This document shows, piece by piece, positions 11,717 through 20,000 of a stretch of 20,000 nt of DNA. The notes below the pieces were generated by a model. The model searched no databases and had not been told where the DNA came from. It worked only from the letters and a program-made list of their open reading frames with translations. Source of the stretch: Saprolegnia diclina VS20. Lineage: Eukaryota. A program made the position numbers and the translations under genes. Position 1 is the stretch's first letter, and the number at the start of each line of letters is the position of its first letter. The stretch is from assembly GCF_000281045.1 (NCBI RefSeq), contig NW_008246070.1:198328-218327 (forward strand), in the 5' to 3' direction.

Positions 11717-11986
11717 ATGATGATCAACCACGGAGGCCTTTCCCTCCGTCGCCTAGTACGGTACGCCTCTTGTATTGAAGACGGTGCGGGTCGTGCCGAC
11801 AGGCGACGAACCATGGAAGCACAACGAGCGAAGGAGAAGTCGACGGAGAAGATCGCGCGCTTCAACGAGACGGCAACGGGACAGGCGGCGTCTGGTCCTG
11901 ACCCATATGAAAATTTGGAGATTGCGCGCCAAGGCCACGCCAAAGATCCACCACATACAGGCGGCGGGTACTACGACGGCAGCTGA
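11717..11986 (+). CDS. Candidate small orphan protein (75 aa spliced, 89 aa unspliced)
   Basis: ATG 11717, possible in-frame 42-nt GT-AG intron 11761-11802, TGA 11984-11986. Fills the gap between the Myb and MYST stops. No recognisable domain. Confidence 0.4.
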   Translation: MMINHGGLSLRRLVRYASCIEDGAGRADRRRTMEAQRAKEKSTEKIARFNETATGQAASGPDPYENLEIARQGHAKDPPHTGGGYYDGS

Positions 11987-12062
11987 TCGTCGTCGTTTCC
12001 ACTGCACCGATAACTCAAATTCAAGCACGATGCTTTGAGGCAGTGCTTGCTAGCATATACGC

Positions 12063-13113
12063 TCAAGGCGTCGTCGACGGTCGCAGCGCTCGCCATGCAA
12101 ACGCGCGCGGTTGGCACAGCCGGAGCGGGCGGACGCTCTCGAGCGCAGCGCGCACGCGGGCTTTGGAGGCTCGGATGGTTTGCGTCGCTGGGATCTATCG
12201 CAACGTCAGCCAAACGCCCGTCGTGGGTGCTGATCCGCGCGCTACATACCTCGGGCGACGCTGTTTTGAGTAGCCCGCACGCTAGCAACGCCACCGCAAT
12301 GTCTTGCGGGAGTATGGACGTCCGGTCGGTAAGGTATGCAATGGATACCACCCCCGACGTCGCCGCGAGTTCTCGCAGGACGCAATGCTTCCAGTATTCC
12401 ACATACGCGGCCTGGCCAAGGGCTGAGAGGGGTCGCTCGGGCGTCCCAAGTTGGCCATCATGCGCCGAGATGGCGTACGAGATGGAGATTAGGAGCGAGC
12501 CGTACCCGTGCCGCTGGTATGGCGGGAGCACGACGATGCACGAGAGGTTGTAGCCCTCGGGTGACATCTTCTCCTTGGAAAAGTACCCGACGATGTGACT
12601 TCCATCGTCGTCGACGCGGCAGAGCACGTAGAAGCGGAAGCGCGTGACGTCGTAGTAGAGCGTCTTTTGGTCCATGAAGAGCTTGGCGAGGAGGCAGAGG
12701 TTCTGCGCGTACGTCGTCTCGAGCTTCCCGTCCACGTCGTAGAGAGCAAGACGGTCGACCTTCTCGTAGTAGACGCGGGGCCCGGGTGGCTTCCTGAGCG
12801 CGCACTCGGTCCGCTTGTGGTGCTGCAAAAACCGCTTGGAGCTCGTGTACCCGAGGCAGCGTTCGCATAGGTAGAGCGTCCCATCCGGGTACGCGCTCGC
12901 GGGGTATGGACTCGGATACCACGTGTCGATGACGAAGCGCCCGAGCTCGATGCGAGGGACTCGGCGCATGAGCGCTGCGCTCTCGAGGTCCATGCGCCGC
13001 AAGCAGTCGTCGTCGTCGCGGGTCTCGATGGATCGCTTGCGCTTCCTCGGGGGCATGGCCGCGTCGAGGGCGCGCTTCCCCGGGCAGGTCGTGATGGAGC
13101 GTCGCCGTAGCAT
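12063..13113 (-). CDS. MYST-family (MOZ/SAS) histone acetyltransferase, minimal form, 2 exons
   Basis: ATG 13113 (or 13056). WYPSPYP, C2HC finger CERC..H..C, FMDQKTLYYDV, VGYFSKEK, NLSCI, acetyl-CoA motif QRHGYG and catalytic GTPERPLS. Intron 12249-12195 (GTATGT..CTGAC..TAG) gives the C-terminus RPLRLCQPRAFAW and TGA at 12065-12063. Confidence 0.92.
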
Positions 13114-13794
13114 CTTCGTCCTCTTCCTTCGTCTTCCTTGCGCTTCCTCCTTCCTCTTCCTCGCGCCGCTGCCCAAGATGAGCGCTTCCAACTCGAGCGC
13201 GCATTTTTAATCCGCCAACCCACATATTATTTTACATATCGTCGTATCCCATACATATACAAAGCCTGCATTATTCTTTTGTATTTAAATATAATAGAAT
13301 GACCCCCCGAACGTGGCTGCGTGCTGGAACGTTCGTCGAGTATTATTTTAGTCGAGGATGCTCATTATTTTATTGTATATATTAAATTCCCCATTAGTAC
13401 ACTCTGTTATTGTATTCACGACAGGCGTGGAAATAAAATATGAATTAAAATAGACCGCTAATCAGCCTGCTGCCTGTGATTGGTGGCATTCACTGAAGAC
13501 CATCCGTGGGGCTGCCAGCGCATGGCACAGCTCAAGACCCCAGGACAGGCCCAGCGACGAGCGCCGGCCAAGGAGGACGCTTGCCCGTGTACCCGAGACC
13601 GTAGGTATTTGGCTGGCGCCAACGGTACAGTGCATCGATGCGGCTACTCGGCGGATGCCAAGGCGCGCTACAGTAGTGGTGGGCAGCGCAGAAGCGACGG
13701 TCGAAAAGACACTGAGCGTGGGACGTCATCATACAGTATCCAGCGCCACATACACGGCGGAGAAAGGGTCCATCGAGGATGATTAGTATCTGTA

Positions 13795-15698
13795 CTAGAC
13801 TTGCGCAAGCGTACGCAGGTGCTCGAACGTGTACAGCGACGACGAGTGGCCATCGCTCCACACAACAGCGAACGCGTAGTTGCCCTTGCGCTGGACGGCG
13901 GTGGGTCGAATGTCGTCCGGGATCGCTTCCGGGTCGAGGAGCTAAAGCGACCATCAGACAAGGCGTTGCATGCGGTGGGACGTACGGGCTTGCCAGTGAA
14001 CTCTTCAATGCACGCTGCGCACCGACACCTACAGCGAGATGTAGCCTGCGCGTTCCTGAAAATACAACGTACTGCGCACGCAGCTCGACGGGCGGCAAGA
14101 CGACCTCGTGGGCACTCTCGCTCGTGTAGAAGCGGAGCACAATACCGCGCTTGGCGTCGTACAAGAGTTCGGGTGCGAGCTTGGCGAGGTGCTTGAGCTT
14201 CACGCACTCCTCCGCGACCTAGCGTCACGATTGAGTTCTCCTGTCAACCTTCGTAAAGCTCTACCGTGATCGCGAGCGACTCGAACGTTGCCGAGACCTC
14301 GGGCAACGCGTCGGTGAGCACGAGCGGCCTAGTAGAGAGTGAGAACACTCGGCTTTGTCGACATGAGGAGGACCGTCCAGCGTCAGCACTGTCGCTCGTG
14401 GACTCGGCCATCGGGAACTGAAACGTGTGCTGAATGTCAAACGACTGCTGCAGCTGCTTGAGGTGCCCGTGCCCTACGCGCCGCTGAGGACAGGATCGCC
14501 ATCAAGGTGGATCTACCGAACGGGTAGTGGCGGTGGCCGTGGGCGCAGTCAAAGTACGACATGTTCTCGACCACCGCGCTCGTCGGGATCTAAGTGCTGC
14601 ATAAGACGCGGGCTATGGAGCGCTGGCGTCGCACCTTGAGGTCCTCGAACATCGAAATGCCCTTCTCCACATCGACAAAGCTAAAGATTATCATCGAGCG
14701 ATGGTCGAGTCGGCCGAGAATGGTACCTGAGCTTTTGCGGCGTCGTGACAATGACGGCCGTCGTGATGGCGGTTTGCTGCGCGAGGGACATGTGGATGTC
14801 GCCCGTGCCCGGCGGCATGTCGATGACCAAGTAGTCGAGTGCGCCCCACTCGGTGCCAAGGACGAGCTGGTCAATGACCTTGGACACCATCGCACCGCGC
14901 ATGACGGCTGCACCTTTGCCTAATGATCTCGGCTGGATCACCTAGATGTTAAAGAGGAGGAGTACCGCCAGCGCCCGGCGCGGCCTTGCTATTGACAAAC
15001 CCAAACGACATGCACTCGACGCCATGGTATCGCACAGGCTCGACGAAGGATGGGTTGGTCTTGGACTTGCGAATCGCCCGGTCGTCCGGTGAGATCATGG
15101 TCGGCAAGCTCGGGCCGTACACGTCAGCGTCCAGGAGGCCCACACGCGCCCCGCGCTTCTGAAGCCTACACCACCTTAGCGACCAACACGTGTAATGAAT
15201 GTTGCGTACGCAAAGGCGAGGTTGACGGCCACCGTCGATTTGCCGACGCCGCCCTTGCAGCTCGAGACAGCGACGATATTGCTGACGTTCGCCAGTGCAG
15301 AGTGACGCGGCGCTTGCGCGTTGCGCGTCGACGCCGAAGCCAGCGACACGTTGGCGCGCGAGACCCACGGAAGGCTCTGGATCGCCTCCGTCGCCGCGGC
15401 AATCCACTGGTCGTTCTGTCGCAGCACGCGCGACGGCGTCTCGATGTCCAACGTGACGCAGTGGTCGGGCTGGATGACCAAGTTCTAACCCAGGAATGCA
15501 TGAGCCTTCCCGATCAACCTTGCGTACTACCTTGATGCGGCCGAGCGTCGGCAGGTCTGCGTTGAGCAGGTCGTCCTTGACACTGCGGAGGCGCTCCATG
15601 ACCTCGGCCTCCATGGCCGCGAGCTTCCGCGGCGACAGCGTCGTCAAGCCCGCCGTACGCGGAAGGCGCACCGCGCGCCAGCCCTTGAACCCGATCAT
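13795..15698 (-). CDS. HCF101: HCF101-type Mrp/NBP35 P-loop Fe-S scaffold (DUF59-like + ParA/Mrp ATPase + DUF971), 11 exons
   Basis: ATG 15698; introns 15530-15485, 15209-15166, 14965-14920, 14726-14681, 14634-14590, 14516-14474, 14373-14329, 14264-14219, 14072-14029 and 13985-13942; TAG 13797-13795. Motifs [39 protein letters not shown] and VVENMSYF; C-terminal [23 protein letters not shown] (DUF971). Confidence 0.9.
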
Positions 15699-15829
15699 GC
15701 CAAACACGTTTTGAGCGATTCCGTCACGTTTTACCTTGCAGGTTTAAACTTTAACGTGATTTACCTGCGGGGACGCTAGAAAAACGCGAGTAATATTTGT
15801 TGCGTTAAACAGAGGGTCGATCTAATAGG

Positions 15830-17754
15830 TTACGAGCGCTTCTTGAGCAGGAAGGCGGCCCCGACGGCCAGTGCGACCGTCGCCGCCGCCAGCACCGCGC
15901 GCGTGTCGAGCGTCTTTCCAAAGAGGCGGAGGCCGGGCGCCGGCGGAAGCAGCTTGGTCATGAGCTCGCCCTCGCCCTCGACTTCAAACCCGAGCTTGCG
16001 GTAAAAGTTGCGCACGCCGACACCGGCAATGACCGCCATCTTGGTGTAGCCGTGGGCGCGCGCAACCTCCTCAGCCTTGAGCATGAGCTGCGTGCCAAAG
16101 CCAATGTGCTGCGGCTTGGACTTGTCGCCGCTGTTGACGGCCACGAGCTGCCCGTAAACATGGAGCTCGCGCACGAGCGCGCAGCCTTGCAGCTCGGGGA
16201 AGACGCCGGCGCCGGCTGTCGGCGAGAGGCGGAGACGGCAAAAGCCGCAGATGGTTGACTCGTCCGGCGTCTCAAAGCTGAAAAAGTACTCGGTGCCGTC
16301 GTTGGCTTCGTACTTGCGCGTGATGAGGACCGCCTTGGCGGCCGCGCGCGCGTCGCTCTTGATCTCGCGGCACCGGATGCAGCGGCACGTGCGCCCGGCC
16401 TGCTCCATGCGCTTCAGAATCACTTGGCGCAAGTTGGGCTCGTCGACGCCACCGAGAATGTACTGCGACGGAATGTCGCGGATGACGCGGTTGAGCCGGA
16501 TCCACGGGTGAACCTGCGCCTTGATGTCCATGAGGAGCGCCATGAGCTCGTGGCCCGAGTACGGCACGTACTCGCCCGCGTCGTACCAGCGCTTGATGAC
16601 GGTCCACGGCGTCACTTCGCACGGGTAAATCTTCCACTGGTCGGCCTGCAAGTCGGGCGAGTGCAAGACGTACTCGAACATCGCGCGGTCCAATTCGACC
16701 GAGCTGCCCGGGAGGTTGGGCATGAGGTGGATGTCGGTCTTGTAGCCGCAGTCGCGCAGGAGCTTCATCGCGCGCTTTGCGTCTGTCGTCGTGCAGCCGC
16801 GGTTGATCTTCTTCAAAATTCCCTCGTCCGTGTGCTGGATGCCGAGCTGGACGCGCGTGCAACCAAAGCGCCGGAAGCGCCGGAGCTCGTCCGGCGTGAT
16901 GCAGTCCGGTCGCGTCTCGAGCGTGATGCCAATGATCTTGACCGCGGTCGTCTCGTTCTCCTTCTTTTCTTCGTCGAGCGACTTTTTCTCGCGCTTGACG
17001 CGGTCGTGGAACGTGTTGGCCGCGTAGAAGAGATCGCGGATGAACCTGCGTCGTACATGAGCAACCCGTATTACACAGCGGAGACGTACTCTTCCTGGTA
17101 CGAGACCGGGTACGACGCCCATGTACCGCCGAGCACGAGCAGCTCAATCTTGTCGACCGGGTGGCCGTTCAGCGCCAGCGTCACGCAGCGGTCGCAAAAC
17201 TGCAGCACTGGGTCGAACGAGTTGCGGTTCGCGCGCAGCACGCTCGGCTCGTCGTGGAGATACGACCGCGGCTGGTCCGGCTCGTTCGGGCAGTAGTAGC
17301 AGTTCCATTGGCAGCTAAACTTTTGGCCGTGCGGGTACGGGCTCGTGAGCACGGTCACGACAAGAACGCCGCTCTGGCTCTTCCCGGCCTTCTTGACGAG
17401 AAGGTTGTCGATCTCGAGGTGCGGCGGCGCCTCGCCGCGCTTGACGAGTGCGTTGTAGACAAACTTGATCTGCGACTTCTTCGGAAGCGTCTTGTACTGC
17501 CGGCGCAGCAAGATGAACGTCTTCTCGAGGGCGCGGGGCGTCTGCGGGTTGGCCTCGACGACAAACTTGGTCATGGCCTCAAACTTGGGCCACTCGTCCG
17601 CCGGAATGAGCTCGTCGTACTGGCGGTAGATGTCTTCGAGGCTGTTGATCGGGTCGTCGCGGCCGCCACTGCGCTTGTATGTGTTCGGGTCGTTCTCGCG
17701 CTTCTTCGCATCGCGCGCCAGCGCTTCCGCGTCCATGTCCATGCTGTCGGCCAT
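15830..17754 (-). CDS. ELP3: ELP3-like radical-SAM/GNAT tRNA U34 carboxymethyltransferase with C-terminal transmembrane anchor, 2 exons
   Basis: ATG 17754; intron 17089-17046; TAA 15832-15830. SGVLVVTV, CQWNCYYC, RSYLHDEP, GGTW, ETRPD, QLGIQH, HLMPNLP, KIYP, RVIRDIP, CRCIRCRE, VRELHVYG, QHIGFG and GVGVRNFY. ATTGG (CCAAT on the minus strand) at 17785 and 17803 upstream. Confidence 0.94.
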
Positions 17755-18009
17755 CGCGTCCGCAGGAATCGCAAACGGTTTTCGATTGGTGGTGGATCGG
17801 ATATTGGATTCGAGAGGTAAAACCTCTAGCAATCGATATTGAAGTTGGCCTCAAGTTCCCGCGCAAATGCCAACGACCGGCCAGAACAAGATTGCGACCG
17901 ATGGCGTCGTGCTATGCACTGAGAAATGTACTGCAATTGTACTAGTAGTAGAAAAGTGGATCCAAATAGCTATACTGTTTTCGTCCGAGGTCAAGGGAAC
18001 TTTCCCGCT

Positions 18010-20000
18010 TCAAACAAAAGGGTAGCGCACGGTGCGGCGCCGACTGTCGTAGAACCGAACGGTGGGCGCCAACGTCGACTCGAAGCACAGGATGCCGCGT
18101 GCGAGAATGTCTTTGGCCTCGGCGCTCTGAGCGTTCATGGCATCTGCGAGACGGGTCGCGGCCGCGGCGGAGATGCGGAACGGCGCATCGTCTTCGTTGG
18201 CACTGTGGCCCGGCAAGTCGTCCATGCGCAGAGTCCGCGAGAACCCATCTTCGAGTTGCATCTCGAGGCTCCAAAGAAAGGGCTCTATGCACAACACATA
18301 GAACGGTGCACTAGTTGCCACAGTAGGGTATGTACCCGAGAGCAGCGAGCGCAAACGGTCGGGCAGAAATGCGTCGTAGACCACGTAGAACGTCGGAGCC
18401 CGATCCGTTCCGGCGTGGGCGTGGGCCAGCGCCTCTTGTGCCAGCTGCCGGATCATCGCAACGTTCAAGCCCAAGAGCTTGCCGATCGCGCAGACGTCGA
18501 CGAGCCATTGAGCCATCTTGAAGTGTGCACTCGACGTAACGAAGGCTGCGAGGTCGGCGAGAACGATGCCTTGCTACAACGAATCCAGGTTGTTGCATCC
18601 ATTCAGGTAAACACGTCGAGGAGCGTACGAGGCTCAGCCAGAGTGCGAGATCGCGCTGCAGCTTATAGATCCCAACCTGGAGCATGTACCGCAAGGAGGA
18701 TGCATCGTCCTGGTCGAGCGTCAGTGGCGCAACGGGCGGACTCTCGGACGCGTCTTGAACATAGCGTTGCTGTTGTGCCTGCTGCACGAGCTGCCGCAAA
18801 TACACGGCGAGCTCGCTTGGATTGTGGCTGTGGATCAGTGGCAACACCGAGCCTTGCTCGAAGCACGACTGCAGTTCGCGGACAACGTCGACGACCGATG
18901 CTGTCGAAGCCGCAGTGTACGCAAGGCCGTGCCACGCTTTCTCGAGAAGATCCATGTCGGGGCGCAGCAGCGTCGATGCGTGGGACGGATCATCGACCGC
19001 ATCTAAAACTCGCGTGAGCGAGCAGTACGTGCCACTTAACCATAACAACATACCGAGCGTTGTGAGCAAAATGCTGTCGGGCTCCAAGATGAGCTGTTTC
19101 ACGTCCATGGCGGCCCCGGTCGACGGCCAAGGCAACGTCAAGGCCGCACCGTTCGCTTCAATGCTCTATAATAGCACGGTCGCATGCTACTCTCACTGCA
19201 GAAAACCTACCCGCTCGATCCATTCAAGGAACAAGAGATGGCGCTTGTAGTGCACTGGGAACGGGTCCGTGAAGCAGTCTTTGAGCGACGCATCGGTGAG
19301 CGTCTCCAAGTTGCCAATGCAAATGACGGACGCGCTGAGCGGAGGCGGCTTGCAGCCAAGCGCCGAGACGTTCTCAATGCCTTCCCACGTCGAGTACACC
19401 TAGCCCATTCCTCGTCGAATGCAAGTCCTCGGACAGGGAAGGAACCTTGACCGTCGGCTGCAACGTCCACGGAATGTTGAAGAGCGTGTACCCGGCCATC
19501 ACCTGGACGCGCGTGACTTTCCTGCTGCTTGGGTCTTCAGTCGCAACGCAGGCCATCGTCGACTCCAAGGCCGCATCAAGCGACCGAAGGGCGTCGGGCT
19601 GCATGGGCGACTGCACGACGTTGGTCACGCAGTACGAGCGCTCGTCAAATTTCTGTCCGAGGTATCCGCCTTGATGGGCGACCAGAATCTCCATGTTCAT
19701 GGCTTCGTCCTTCGTGATGGCTCGTACGAACGCCGCCAAGACATCGCGGGCTTTGGCCTCTGGGAGGACGACGACGAGATCGTTGTTCACGACCAAGTCG
19801 CAAGGAAGGACGTCGCCGAGCGCCTTGGGCAGCTGAGTGCTTCCTCTATACACCTCTTCTTTGATGCTCGAGACGAGGGGCCAGTCGATGCTCGTGGGCA
19901 ACGTCGGGTGGAGCTCCAAGACGAGCATGAAGGCCTCGCTCTGCGTGAAGGCGACCGCCGGGTGGAAGACGCGAGGTCGATGCACATGCACGAGAGCGAG
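18010..20000 (-). CDS. ZWILCH: Zwilch-like kinetochore RZZ-complex subunit (5' end probably beyond the window)
   Basis: Frame is open from the window edge; introns 19445-19400, 19210-19166, 19053-19003, 18628-18574 and 18335-18285; TGA 18012-18010. RPDMDLLEKAW..GSVLPLIHSHNPSELAVYLR..MLQVGIYKLQRD parallels the Zwilch block as I recall it (R.DLDF.E.LW..G.IQPWLH..S.L..MLLEIG..KL..D). Confidence 0.7.

Noticed and set aside
4748..17754. Apparent chromatin/acetyltransferase gene cluster (WDR70, SWIB, Myb, MYST, ELP3)
   Set aside because: Interspersed with unrelated genes in mixed orientation, and ELP3 is primarily a tRNA-modifying enzyme; there is no evidence beyond chance.
1..20000. Prokaryotic operon, CRISPR array, transposon, tRNA or rRNA
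   Set aside because: Spliceosomal introns and eukaryote-specific genes occur throughout. I saw no repeat-spacer arrays, terminal repeats, transposase/RT motifs or RNA-gene signatures by eye.

Overview
Gene-dense, GC-rich eukaryotic genomic DNA with many very short GT-AG introns (about 34 inferred, mostly 40-61 nt), so the unspliced ORF track fragments most genes. Gene content, intron size and Inr/FPR- and CCAAT-like promoter motifs suggest an oomycete, possibly Saprolegniales (inference). Manual splicing gives ten recognisable genes: MATE transporter (+), CCDC112-like coiled-coil protein (+), FHA-WDR70 fusion (+), DEK-C/2xSWIB protein (-), purple acid phosphatase (+), SHAQKY-class Myb (+), minimal MYST acetyltransferase (-), HCF101-type Fe-S scaffold with a presequence-like N-terminus (-), non-canonical tail-anchored ELP3 (-) and a Zwilch-like protein (-, 5' end outside the window). 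There is also a candidate ~75-aa orphan gene. The most interesting observations are the tail-anchored radical-SAM ELP3 lying 131 bp upstream of the [4Fe-4S] scaffold HCF101, and the NIPP1-like FHA domain fused within one exon to WDR70. I saw no RNA genes, mobile elements or CRISPR arrays. All family calls come from motif recognition by eye, not database searches.
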